From sequence record MK562504.1: 64,000 bases of DNA; one strand, 5' to 3'. Positions 37,854-51,686 of the stretch are shown piece after piece. Under the pieces are notes generated by a model. It had not been told where the DNA came from. It saw only the letters and a program-made list of their open reading frames with translations, and did no database searches. The stretch's first letter is position 1; each line of letters begins with the position of its first letter. The position numbers were made by a program, and so were the translations under genes. This DNA comes from Enterobacteria phage CHB7.

Positions 37854-39165
37854 TTAAGCAGTTCTTTGCCATACATACAGTACGAAAGATGGCTGTTCAA
37901 CGTTGAATGCCTGCCCAGAACCAGTTGACCCTGTTGTACCAGAGTGGGAATGTTCACCTGCTCCAGTGACAGATACAGACACATTGTGATTATGTGAACC
38001 AATAGCCACTGTGTGACTGTGAGAGCCGATTGCCACTGTATGTGTATGAGCACCAGCATTAGCCGCAGTACCACTCACTGAGTGAGTATGGTTACCAGCA
38101 GCCTGAGTATCAGACCAGTAAGCCACTTTTGGTGTGTAGTCATCACCAGATGTGTAGATACCCCCACCACCAGAGTTAACCTCACCTTCTGGAACCTTGT
38201 GAGTGTGGTTACCAGCAGTTGCCGCAGTACCACTAACCGAGTGTGTGTGAGCACCAGCATTGCTGGTCGTCTTTGTACCATAGTCAAAGGTAGTTGAAGA
38301 CTTAGTACCATAGTCAAATGCGCTGATAGACACACTAGTACCGTGTGAGTGACCACCGCCTGTAACATACACTGAGTGAGTGTGAGCAGGAATATTGTTT
38401 GCAGTCAAAGCCACAGTTTGGGAACCAAATGTGGAACCTGCTGGTCTAGCTGCACTGTCCACTAGTACCGTGTGAGTGACCACCGCCTGTAACATACACT
38501 GAGTGAGTGTGAGCAGGAATATTGTTTGCAGTCAAAGCCACAGTTTGGGAACCAAATGTGGAACCTGCTGGTCTAGCTGCACTGTCATAACCCACAAGTG
38601 CTCTACCTTTTGATACTAGCTCCCAAGTACCTCCACAAATCAAGTAAGTGGATGGGTTAGCAGCATTCATAGACAAGTGAATAGTCCCAACTGGATATGA
38701 AGCCTGAACAGCCCTGTATAGACTATTAACTGCTCTTGCTGTAGCATACTTATCAGCATCTTCATTATATGCGTTAGAAGCTAACCAGTTCTGCACATTA
38801 CCTAAACCGACTTGTGATTTAGTTGTGTTGTGAGGGTTATTCTTATCATTAATGTGAGCCTGAATAAGTTGGTTAACTTCATCAGAAGACATGATTTGCA
38901 AGTTTGCTCTTGCTTCAGCGACGTCAACGATATCTGATAGGTTGTTTGCAGCGACAAGCTGTAAAGCGTTTAATACGTTACCTAATTCAACCTGAACCTT
39001 TGTAACGCCGTGAGGGTTATTTCTCAATGATGCGTGTGGGTCAAGTAATTGTTCAAGTGTACACCTCTTATCCTCAATACCTTGTTTAAGGTGGAAGATA
39101 TCACTTAGCTCAATTGGTAACGATGCTTGAGGCAAGGCACTAATTTGAATTTCACCTACTGCCAT
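37854..39165 (-). pseudogene. second tail fibre gene, frameshifted by a 127-bp tandem duplication
   Basis: Track ORFs 38446..39165 and 37854..38495 both encode the same 42-aa segment DSAARPAGSTFGSQTVALTANNIPAHTHSVYVTGGGHSHGTS; removing one repeat copy restores a single ORF of about 394 aa. Confidence 0.55.
38333..38586. repeat. perfect 127-bp direct tandem duplication (2 copies)
   Basis: 38333..38459 and 38460..38586 are identical by eye (CACTAGTACCGTGTGAGTGACC...CTGGTCTAGCTGCACTGTC). Confidence 0.85.
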
Positions 39166-39167
39166 TA

Positions 39168-39482
39168 TTAGCCTCCAATAAATTCATAAGTGTACTGGTT
39201 AGTTGTACTTGTTGGAGCAGTCCCTGTCACGGTATTAATAAGGCTCCATCCAGCCGATACTAAATCAGGTTGCTCGGTAGCAAAGCTTCTAACTTCACCT
39301 ACAATAGCTGTTGTCCCATTTGCCCTTTCCAACAAATAGTTTAAAATATAATTATACCACTGACGACCCATTGGCTCACCACGTAGTAAACCTGTTGCCT
39401 GAATCTCAGGAGGTGGTAACACTTTTAACTGGTTACCATCAGCGTCTACATCATCTGTAGCCCATCTTACTGCATCTGCCAT
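39168..39482 (-). CDS. hypothetical tail/baseplate-associated protein (104 aa)
   Basis: Intact ORF between the baseplate genes and the tail fibre. Confidence 0.35.
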   Translation of the reverse strand: MADAVRWATDDVDADGNQLKVLPPPEIQATGLLRGEPMGRQWYNYILNYLLERANGTTAIVGEVRSFATEQPDLVSAGWSLINTVTGTAPTSTTNQYTYEFIGG

Positions 39483-40339
39483 TATGAACTTCCTTCCTGT
39501 TGAGATTTATCTTTTCTGCCTTTGATGATTTGTGCAACTTCAGCCATTACACCATAACCACCACCTGCGACTGTTTCTTTACCGACGATAAAGTTGTCGT
39601 TACTGTTATTTGTCCTGCTCACATTCAAATAATCTTTTGAAGTGCTTCCAGCAGTTCTGTCAATCCTGAAATAGCCGTCTCTGATACCTGCGTCTGCCAA
39701 GCTACCTAATAAGTTAGCCTCAAGAGAACCACCTGTGTTATTAGTGACAAGACCTTTGTTGTTATCTGTTACAAACCAGTTATCTTTGTCATCAACAATA
39801 GCTAAGGCTGAGTCAGCAACCTCTACAGGTGTCCAAGCAGTACCATTCAAAGTTACATCTCGTAAGATGACTGCTGAACCAATTGTTGTTGCAGCAATCC
39901 TTGAAAGTGTGTATGCTGTATCTAGAACGTTATTTCTGGTATTAACACGAATAACAATACCACCAGTCATAGGTGTGATATGCTCAAACACCTGTGAAAA
40001 GGTAGCATTGTATAGTGTCATTACGGCATTTTGAAGAAACGCTGGAGTTGTGTCAGAACGTCTTAGGAAAATCTGGATATACAGCATTGCACGATATGTG
40101 TCATCATCAGCACCGAGTGGTCTTGGTACTTTAATCAAAGCTCCAATATTGTCTAATTGCTGACCAATAGCTGTACGGATATTACGTTCTGTATGCATCT
40201 GCCAAGTAATATCCTCTAATAATTGTAACTCATCTGTAATAGATTTCAATAGGCTAGTGTAAATAAACTTTTCTTTGAATTGAGTTACAGTTCTTTCATC
40301 CAATGTTTTGTAATAGACGTCTTCAATCTTTTCAAACAT
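39482..40339 (-). CDS. baseplate/tail-fibre attachment protein (putative)
   Basis: 285 aa; position after the J-like protein and before the fibres, as in P2/Mu-like baseplate modules. Confidence 0.3.
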   Translation of the reverse strand: MFEKIEDVYYKTLDERTVTQFKEKFIYTSLLKSITDELQLLEDITWQMHTERNIRTAIGQQLDNIGALIKVPRPLGADDDTYRAMLYIQIFLRRSDTTPAFLQNAVMTLYNATFSQVFEHITPMTGGIVIRVNTRNNVLDTAYTLSRIAATTIGSAVILRDVTLNGTAWTPVEVADSALAIVDDKDNWFVTDNNKGLVTNNTGGSLEANLLGSLADAGIRDGYFRIDRTAGSTSKDYLNVSRTNNSNDNFIVGKETVAGGGYGVMAEVAQIIKGRKDKSQQEGSS

Positions 40340-40341
40340 TG

Positions 40342-41810
40342 TTACTCCTTAGTGATAGTGTACTGGCTGCTTTCCCATACCGTATACTGGTCACCGTCAA
40401 CTGTGATTCTTGCTGTGGTATACTGGTCATCTGATGGTGGTACTGCTTGGTTGTTTGAAAGGGCAACTTTGATTTCGTTGATTTCAATACCTTGAATAAC
40501 ATCATAGATATAACCATAGATTCTGTTAGGAATCACATCATTACCAACTTTTAGGGTTCTGCCATAGTCATTAATACCCTGCACAATATTTTCATGAATA
40601 TCTGCTTCAGGGATTGTCAAACTTTCTTCATCATAAAGTGAGTAAGACACTTTCACGAATACATACTTTGGTGTTGGTCTACTAAAGTAAACATTGTGAG
40701 CCAAGTTTCCAAGGTCATATGCAGTACCAAAGATGGAACCATAAGCCCTAATACCAGCAGGTTTCGTATCCCAGATAGCTTGAGCAACGTTATCGTTCTG
40801 ACCACCTACAACGACAATCTTGAAAGATTTCGGAGGAATACCATCAGGAGTTGTTGTCTCAGTATCGTTTTCAACACCTGAAGCATCTGACACACCCTGA
40901 ACTCTCTTGACAGCAGCAACGATAGCATCTAAAGTACCTACACCAGTAACGGTTAAAGATTCTAGGTAACGTTGACGAAGTTCTGTATCAGTTTCTTCAT
41001 CACGTCCTGTTGTTAGGTCGTATCTGTTAAATACACTATCAAGACCATCTACAGTTGTTTCAATCTCAATCAGAGTTCCTGCCAAAGCTGGCATAGCACC
41101 AACCTCTTCAGCGACTACATCATGAATTGTAGTAATCTTCGTAAAGCTTAAGAATGTCGTTGCAGTAACAACCATAGGGTTTGTTCTGGCAATGATATCT
41201 CCTTCATCTTTGTAGATTCTTAGAGATGACCCATCATCAATAACTTCAGCTTTTGCAACAATACCACCATTAATAGCATCTGCAAGCTCATTGAGTAAAG
41301 TTGTGATAGTATCTGAAGAAGTTGGTTGATAAGAGAAAACAACGTTATCAATAATAATAACATAGTTTGCATCAGTACGTAAAGAGTTAACTTCTAAGAC
41401 CGCTTCAACACAGTAAGATGGTGTCAAGGTGAACGTAGATACTGGATAGAAAATATTACCAGCAGTACTTCTTAATCTTGTTGTTGCAGGAATTGAAGCA
41501 CCAGTCGTACCAGTAAATTCAGCCTGACCTCTAGTAGCTTGAGCAACATATCTGTAGATTGCGTTTAAGGCTGTGATATCATCTAGGTTGAATCCTTCAG
41601 CTTTATCAATGGTGTTGCCATCATAAATCTCAGACAGAACTTCATGGGTATCTGCCAAAGCTCTTGCTACTGATGCTAAGAACAGACCTAACTGGCTGTC
41701 TTCAGATACGTCAAGGTTTGGGGAGATATCTCTTAAAAGTCTTGCTTTGATATTGTCAAAGATTTCTTGATATCTCAATGTTTGTAATCCTGTTGCGGTT
41801 AATCCAGCCA

Positions 41811-41811
<1 letters not shown>
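40342..41811 (-). CDS. baseplate J-like protein
   Basis: 489 aa; size and gene order (after W-like and V-like proteins) fit the baseplate J family. Confidence 0.45.
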
Positions 41812-44967
<3,156 letters not shown>

Positions 44968-44968
<1 letters not shown>

Positions 44969-47211
44969 TATTCTTCCTCTGGGTAACTTGAGTTAAGAAG
45001 GATATCTTCTTGGTTCTTGTCCATGATATCAACCGTCTTAGTAGCAATCTGCTTACCATCCAGATTAAATGAGACATTCAGGGTCTGTTTAGTTTGCATA
45101 GGGAAGCCAGAAGGTGTCATCATCATTGGGGTTTGGTTGAACTTATTGGCAAAGTTATTTAAAGACTCTGACAAGTTGTTCATGATAATATCCCAATTAG
45201 ACATTCCATTATCAACAAAGCTACGATTACCTTGAGCATCTACAGAGTATTGCGCAAACTGTAGCTGTCCATTCTGGTCAAAGAACATCGGACGTTTAGG
45301 GTTGGTAATGCTTGATACAGCGTCTTCAAAAGGTTTTGGAAGGTTGACTTCGTTAAATCTACCATTATTCTTACTGTCTGTAGAACCAGACAACATCAAT
45401 GATGACCCGACTGTACCAAGAGCCATTCGGGTTGCTGTGACTCCTGCAACACCTGTAGCTGTTTCTGCTGCTGTAGCTGCACCACCTAAACCAAACTTCT
45501 GCATAATTTTTGCAAAGATACCTTCTTCAAAGATACTCTTAACAAATGCTACAGTACCACCAAAGATTTTTGCAACCTTGTTAATAGCAGCAATTGCAGC
45601 ACCAATCATAGCAAAGGTTGAAACGAGTTCAGCAGAATCCTTGATAAGTTTCTGTTGACTTGCATCTAAATCCTTGTACCATGCCATTGCAGAGTAATAT
45701 AGTGAAGATGTTCTGTACATGATATCTGTTACGAAATCAAGTAAGTTACCAGCACCTTTTAACAGGTAACCAATCACAGTCCCAAGTGCTTCAGCAGTAC
45801 CCATAGAACCTTGTAAGAACATTGCAATGGATTGTGAAAGTTGTGAAATACCATCGCTAGAGTTGTTAAACAATGCAACTAACATGTTATCCCACATAGA
45901 CTTTGCTTGACCCATTGAGGTAGCTGTCTGCTTAGATACGGCATTCATGCCACCTGCTGCCTGTACCAACTCAGCCATCTTTTCAGATACCTTTGGCAGT
46001 ACATCTTCAGCAAGAAGTTTACCGTCCTTCATCATCTTATCAAGTTCTTGTGGTGTCTTCCCGATAGCGTCAGCAAATAGCTGTACAGCACCTGCCAAAC
46101 GGTCACCTAACTGACCACGAAGTTCTTCAGCCTGAATCTTACCCTTAGAAGCCATCTGTTGGAAAGCAACCATGATACCTTTCAGGTCTTCGTCTGTTGC
46201 ACCCCTGATACGGGAGAACATCGCAGCGTTCTTATAGAACTCCTGAGTTCCTTGGAATCCAAGAGCAGGTTGAGCACCAGCAGCAAAGTTTGAGTATTGC
46301 TTCATGGTGTCTGTGTAGTTCTGTCCAATCTGATGAGCGAATGATGCAGCGAACATTCTAGCTTGCTGTGTATCTGCTCCAAAGATAGCTGTTGAGGCTA
46401 ACTGTGCAGACTGTCTTTTTACACCTGCATCAATCGTCTTCTGAGCCAGTTCCAAGGCTGCATAAGCTGAAACAAAACCACCAATCATCTGACGTAGAGA
46501 TGAGTTAGCTCTTTCCTGAAGCCAAGCTGATTCTCTGACTGACTTGAGTCTAGCATTTTCTGCAATAACCCAACGCTTGGTAACGTCAATGAGCTTTTTG
46601 ACTTCCATCTCATATTCACCGACTTTACCAGTTCCCTTATATTTGTTATAAAGACCCTGCAAGTTCCCTCTGAAGGAAGCTGCCATTTGGTTACCTTGTC
46701 CACCAATAGTTTCAAGGCGACGTGTCAGACCAGAATAGAAGTTGTTGTTGAACATTCTTTCCATCTGTCTCTGAGCAATATCAGGTCTTGCAGGTCTTGG
46801 GTTACCACTTCCACCAGTAGGAGGGAAGCCAGTACCACCTTTTCTACCGCCACGAACAGTGACTTTTCCATCAACTTTCAAAGCGTCTCTTAAAGCCTTG
46901 TTAATTTCCTTGGCAGTTTTTCTACCTTGAGTTTCCAGTCTTTTAAGAGATTTAACACCTTGTGAATCAAGGTTAAGGGAGTTGTTGAGTGCTTTATTGA
47001 TTCTGCCCGAAGCAGTCTGAGCGTTTTTTACAATTCTGTTTAATGCTTCCTGTGAAGACTTATTAGGTTTCACATCAAAGGCTTTGTTGATATTACGTTC
47101 GATTCGTTGAGCAGACTGCATAGCCATCTTTTCAACTCTCTGCAAACCTTTAACAACCTTTTCACTGAAACCCAACTCCACAATAAAGCTGTCAACTGTA
47201 TATTGTGCCAT
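44968..47211 (-). CDS. tail tape measure protein
   Basis: 747 aa; helical, Ala/Gln/Gly-rich with hydrophobic segments; follows a pair of small chaperone-like ORFs. Confidence 0.55.
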
Positions 47212-47450
47212 TAAATTTTACCTGCCCTTCTAAGTTCGTTATAAGCAATTTCTTCTTTGTATGACCTCTGGATTTCTAAATATTGTCGCAGAGATAATAA
47301 ATCAGAGAAAGTCATTGAGAAGAGTTGGTCGAGTGTTTCTTTACACCCTTCCATACCGTAAATAGCAAGCACAAATTTCATCTCATCTGCTTCTTCATAA
47401 GTTGCTTCTACAGCCCCATCAGTCAATGGGGTCTGCATAGCACTACTCAT
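47211..47450 (-). CDS. tail assembly chaperone, second small ORF (putative)
   Basis: 79-aa ORF directly upstream of the tape measure. Confidence 0.35.
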   Translation of the reverse strand: MSSAMQTPLTDGAVEATYEEADEMKFVLAIYGMEGCKETLDQLFSMTFSDLLSLRQYLEIQRSYKEEIAYNELRRAGKI

Positions 47451-47452
47451 GC

Positions 47453-47863
47453 TTACTGAGAAGTTAGGCTTTTGAAAATGCTTGCTTCGAAAAAACTTCC
47501 GAAATTAGCCTCCAGAGCAAATGCCAAGAAGTCAATAAATTCACCGTAGTTTGCTTGGAAGTATTTATCTACGTTTAGAGGGAAGTCATCTACAGTTGCA
47601 CCTTGGAATAGCAGAGCAGCCATTGAGTCAATATCGAGTTCATCAATACGGTCAAAGCAAGCTTCAACTAATTCTTTGAAAGGTACTGCTGTCACACTTT
47701 CTTCACCTTCTTTCTGCTCTTTCCCAGATAAACTTGAAAACATCTGAGCAATTGTCGGTACAACAACTTTACCGAGTTTCATCGACATTTTAATACCATC
47801 TCTTGCACCCAGCAGGACAATATTCACTTTCTTACCATTAATAATTTTGCATTCTGTCTTCAT
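47453..47863 (-). CDS. tail assembly chaperone (putative)
   Basis: 136-aa acidic protein between tube and tape-measure genes. Confidence 0.35.
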   Translation of the reverse strand: MKTECKIINGKKVNIVLLGARDGIKMSMKLGKVVVPTIAQMFSSLSGKEQKEGEESVTAVPFKELVEACFDRIDELDIDSMAALLFQGATVDDFPLNVDKYFQANYGEFIDFLAFALEANFGSFFEASIFKSLTSQ

Positions 47864-47943
47864 TGTGATTCCTTAAATTTCTTAGGTTCTATAAACGAAA
47901 AAAAGGGAAGACCTTTTACAGTCTCCCCCTTATTAGGATGTTC

Positions 47944-48390
47944 TTAAACACTTGACGCAGGAATCGTAGAAGTGTAGTCTAGCTTCTCACAACCAAAAAT
48001 CCAAGTTTTAGAGTTCTGGTCACGACCAAGTTCAATCTGTGGAAGTTCCTGCAACCATGCGTTAATACCAGTTGCCAGAACAGAGCCAGATGGGTCGTAG
48101 ATTACGAAGTTAGAAGAGATATCTTCTTCAAGTTCCATGTCATCTTGTTTAGCTTGAATCGCAGAAAGCATCTGGTTAGAGAGTGAAGTCTGCATTAGCT
48201 CAATCTCAATAGTACCTGTCTTATCTGCGTTTCTTGTCAGAGCTACCTGACCACCTGCACCAACAACTGGTGTAACAAGTGGAGAAGTTCTCTGAAGACG
48301 TAAGAATGAATCTGGAGCAAAGCCTTCGATGGCAATACCATTCCAGCTACATACAACGTCTTTAGGGGAATATTGCTGATACATAGCCAT
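47944..48390 (-). CDS. tail tube protein (putative)
   Basis: 148 aa, immediately downstream of the 450-aa sheath candidate. Confidence 0.4.
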   Translation of the reverse strand: MAMYQQYSPKDVVCSWNGIAIEGFAPDSFLRLQRTSPLVTPVVGAGGQVALTRNADKTGTIEIELMQTSLSNQMLSAIQAKQDDMELEEDISSNFVIYDPSGSVLATGINAWLQELPQIELGRDQNSKTWIFGCEKLDYTSTIPASSV

Positions 48391-48405
48391 TCCAATTTAC
48401 CTCTA

Positions 48406-49758
48406 TTATTCGTAAGCCACTGTACCTTTCAAGTCAACATCCAAGATAGCACCTGCTAAGATACCTGCGAAGGTAACATCTTTCAGGATACGAGCTTTCT
48501 TGTCTGCCAAAGCAACTTGAGAGGCTTTAGGAACATTAACTGTGTAAGATGACAGGAAGTTTCTGTTAACTGCTCTTTGCAGAGAGGTTTCAATGACCTG
48601 ACGAATACGGGTAATACCTGTATCATCATAAGTAATCTTACCACCCTTCTGATTAATTAGCAAGTCTCTCAGAGAAGTTTTCAAGTCAGATTCTAGCCAG
48701 TCAACACCACGGATGATATCAATCCATTCACCACCAGAAGTGACACCTCTACGTACAACTGGAACACCACCATCAAGGTCGATGAAGTTGCAGTGACGTA
48801 CATCCAAAGCGGATTTCTGAATGCTTGTCAGAGGTCTCTGGTTAGCTGGCTGAAGAGACGCTTCAACACCAGTCAACTGAGCATTACCCCAAGCAATTGA
48901 ACCTGCATCATACGGAGCACCGTAAGCGATGTAAGCCATTTCTGGGTAATCATAGGTAGCAGTGTGATGCCACAAGCAGACTGTACGAGTGTACATGCTC
49001 TTGGCAAGCTGTGCAGGAACATCAGAAGCTGATTCTAGTTCGGTTCCTTGCAGGGCAGCTACATCTGCGTTTGCTGTGAAGAAAATCTTCTTACGAGCCT
49101 GAATTTCTGAAGCCATTGCCAAGATGAACTGAGAAGTTCTGTCTTCAGCAGAGATGAAGTACCAATCTGTAGAGTACGTCTCAATAGCAGCCAAAGCACT
49201 TGCAGCAGTGTCAGAAGTTGTAGCAGCGATTGATACAGAGCTTGTAGTTGAGGTAACTTTTACAAAGTCATTGTCACCAGCTTTTGTAACAATCATGGTT
49301 GCGGAGCTACCAGTACCAGTTACGTTGATAGTAACATCATCTTTGATTGTTGGGTCAGCTTCAATCTGGTCTTTAAACTGCGTCAGAACAATCAGAGCAG
49401 TGTCATCAGCTTGTGCAGTGTATTGGTATGGCTGAGAAACGCCACCACCTACAGCAATCGTCAGAGAGTAATCTGTACTTTCAGCTACTTCATCAGGGAT
49501 TGACACTGTGTACTGCATAGCACGTCTACCAATATATAGCTGAGTTACTTTTGGAGTTTGGCTCCATAACTGTCTTGCAGCTTTATAAGCAGCAGAGTTT
49601 TCATCGAAATCTTCAGCAACTTCAGTCAGAGAGGTATAGCCACGAACCCTTTCTTCAAAGTTGTCAGTTGACGCTAAGAATAATGGTAGACCAAAACCTT
49701 CTCTCGTAGTTCCTGCGGTGTTCAATGTAATATCTACATTAACAATTGGATTCCACAT
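48406..49758 (-). CDS. tail sheath (or major tail) protein
   Basis: 450 aa; largest tail-shaft ORF, followed by a small tube-like gene. Confidence 0.4.
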   Translation of the reverse strand: MWNPIVNVDITLNTAGTTREGFGLPLFLASTDNFEERVRGYTSLTEVAEDFDENSAAYKAARQLWSQTPKVTQLYIGRRAMQYTVSIPDEVAESTDYSLTIAVGGGVSQPYQYTAQADDTALIVLTQFKDQIEADPTIKDDVTINVTGTGSSATMIVTKAGDNDFVKVTSTTSSVSIAATTSDTAASALAAIETYSTDWYFISAEDRTSQFILAMASEIQARKKIFFTANADVAALQGTELESASDVPAQLAKSMYTRTVCLWHHTATYDYPEMAYIAYGAPYDAGSIAWGNAQLTGVEASLQPANQRPLTSIQKSALDVRHCNFIDLDGGVPVVRRGVTSGGEWIDIIRGVDWLESDLKTSLRDLLINQKGGKITYDDTGITRIRQVIETSLQRAVNRNFLSSYTVNVPKASQVALADKKARILKDVTFAGILAGAILDVDLKGTVAYE

Positions 49759-50358
49759 TTATTTTACCCCTTTGGAGTCTACATCTAGATGGATAGTATA
49801 TTCTGGTGGCTCCTGTCCTTCCTCATAAACCAACTCACCATCAACGATAACGCGCTCAATAATACCACCACGTTCATCTTTCAAGACTGAGTTCATTACA
49901 AGGGTTACAACAAGAGGTGCAGAATTTTCGAAATCTGTATTAAGATAAGTATAATCATTCGGGATAGCTCCAGTATCAAGCACCGTAGCACCTGTCTGTT
50001 CAAGCAATAAATCCCTTGTGGAACTCATCTCTAACCTTTGTTTTAGCTCCAGCATAATACTGTGAGCACCTTTACCATTTACAGTAATTAGTACGGGAAT
50101 CTGAAAAGCAATTCGATAGCAAACTACGTCATCTTCCACGAATTTATCAAGTAACCAACCATAAGGTGTTGTAGCATCTTGGCAGTATACTGTAATGAAT
50201 GGCTGGTCAGGTTTTAAACCTTTATCGTTAGAGTTGTCAGAGGGGTAAGCCCTAATAACGTTTGGTCTGTTATTCTTATCACGCGCTAATCGGTGACCAA
50301 TAACATCTACCAAAGTTCTAACAATCCCTTTCTCAAGTTCTGCTGTTTCTAACTGCAT
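49759..50358 (-). CDS. head-tail joining/tail completion protein (putative)
   Basis: 199 aa between capsid and tail genes. Confidence 0.3.
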   Translation of the reverse strand: MQLETAELEKGIVRTLVDVIGHRLARDKNNRPNVIRAYPSDNSNDKGLKPDQPFITVYCQDATTPYGWLLDKFVEDDVVCYRIAFQIPVLITVNGKGAHSIMLELKQRLEMSSTRDLLLEQTGATVLDTGAIPNDYTYLNTDFENSAPLVVTLVMNSVLKDERGGIIERVIVDGELVYEEGQEPPEYTIHLDVDSKGVK

Positions 50359-50734
50359 TCATTTTATCCCTTCTAATAATGATATATTCATAATGGGATG
50401 TGTAAGCTAATTGATTTGACCAGTCCATTGTCATAAATACTTCGTACTCGTGACCATCAATCATCACAATATCAGATTCAGTCCAATCAACATCATCAGA
50501 TGTTCTCAACTTAGCTACAGTATAAAGGATTCTGGTATCAGTCAGACGAATACCTTCAGGTAAAACAATCTGTGTACCGTTCTTTACAGAACCCTTAATA
50601 TATGGCTGGATATTACCTTTGCAGTTAATCTCAACAATATCTTCTGAAGCTACCCAATCACCATCGTTATTGTAATAACCATCTTCAGATACTTTACGCT
50701 TAACTACAAAGCGGTGTCTGTTTAAGAGTCTCAT
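50333..50734 (-). CDS. head-tail connector protein (putative)
   Basis: 133-aa ORF in the connector region. Confidence 0.3.
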   Translation of the reverse strand: MRLLNRHRFVVKRKVSEDGYYNNDGDWVASEDIVEINCKGNIQPYIKGSVKNGTQIVLPEGIRLTDTRILYTVAKLRTSDDVDWTESDIVMIDGHEYEVFMTMDWSNQLAYTSHYEYIIIRRDKMNAVRNSRT

Positions 50735-51213
50735 TTCTTAATACCCTTTTTAGTAGAAATTTCATAAGCAAGTTGGTCTCTTAAATCACCTGTCTCAACA
50801 AGAGGTGCGTTAAAACCTTTTTTCTTGACTGTGGAAGGTGCGTTAGGAGGAAGGATAGCAGTATTACCGAAACCTCTTTTAATTGACTTCTGAGCACTCT
50901 TTGCAAATGCTTCCAAAGTATTTGTAGGGTCTACGTTAAGACTGTTAAGTTGCTTATAGAGATTCTTCTTAGTCTGCTCTAACAAGGTCTGTCTGTTTAG
51001 CATCATAGTGATTTCAAACAACCTACGATATACTTTACCAGAAGCTGAGGGAACCCCAATAACTTCGTGTAAGTACATTAAAGCAGGATAAGAAAAACCA
51101 GAGCTATGTTGACCTTGTTCTTGAAAATACCCAACTTGAGCATTAGCCGTATGCAAGTTCTTCATAGCCCCGACTAATTTAGCTCTCGCGGGGTGAATAA
51201 CCCTTTTAACCAT
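50731..51213 (-). CDS. head completion/adaptor protein (putative)
   Basis: 160-aa ORF in the connector region. Confidence 0.3.
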   Translation of the reverse strand: MVKRVIHPARAKLVGAMKNLHTANAQVGYFQEQGQHSSGFSYPALMYLHEVIGVPSASGKVYRRLFEITMMLNRQTLLEQTKKNLYKQLNSLNVDPTNTLEAFAKSAQKSIKRGFGNTAILPPNAPSTVKKKGFNAPLVETGDLRDQLAYEISTKKGIKK

Positions 51214-51665
51214 TATTCATCTCGCTCGATAATAAATACGCCATTGACATTAGGGCAGAAGTCTCTACCATGATATCTAGCAGCATCGCCATATTCAGTA
51301 TATTTCTTGACAGAGCAAGGATTCTGTTGACGCCTGATATCAATATCACACTGGCTAATCCCACCCGCATAAGGTAGACCAGACACTGAACTCTTAATCA
51401 GGTCGTCGTAGACAGCTTTTAGAGACTTGAATCTGGAAGAGTTACGTAAGTAAACACCACCAACTTTCTCATCTCCCATCTTGGCTACTTGAAAGAGTAA
51501 ATATTTAAGAGCTTTGATGGCTGCTTTCTTTTCGTCTTTACCAGATTCCACATAGAACCACTCTAGCACCGACTGTTCAATAAGAAGTTCATCGTTATTG
51601 GTGTCGGTGCAGAGGATTCTTACTCTATCAAGAGGGTTATTGGCTGGGTCGCCTGTATAACACAT
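51213..51665 (-). CDS. head-associated protein (putative)
   Basis: 150-aa ORF immediately downstream of the capsid gene. Confidence 0.3.
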   Translation of the reverse strand: MCYTGDPANNPLDRVRILCTDTNNDELLIEQSVLEWFYVESGKDEKKAAIKALKYLLFQVAKMGDEKVGGVYLRNSSRFKSLKAVYDDLIKSSVSGLPYAGGISQCDIDIRRQQNPCSVKKYTEYGDAARYHGRDFCPNVNGVFIIERDE

Positions 51666-51686
51666 TTATAACCCTCCTTTCAAGTT

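Noticed and set aside
35555-38368. Alternative-frame ORFs within the tail-fibre genes (35555..35824, 35860..36054, 38075..38368, 38082..38297)
   Set aside because: Produced by the repetitive His/Thr/Gly codon structure of the fibre genes; translations are low-complexity (Leu/Val/Thr runs).
35466-38600. Possible CRISPR array suggested by short near-identical repeats
   Set aside because: The repeats are in-frame coding repeats (GAHTH units) of tail-fibre proteins plus one 127-bp tandem duplication; there is no repeat-spacer periodicity and no cas genes.
47880-47940. Terminator-like hairpin between tail chaperone and tube genes
   Set aside because: The stem (GGGAAGACC / AGTCTCCC) is imperfect by eye; not confident enough to list as a feature.
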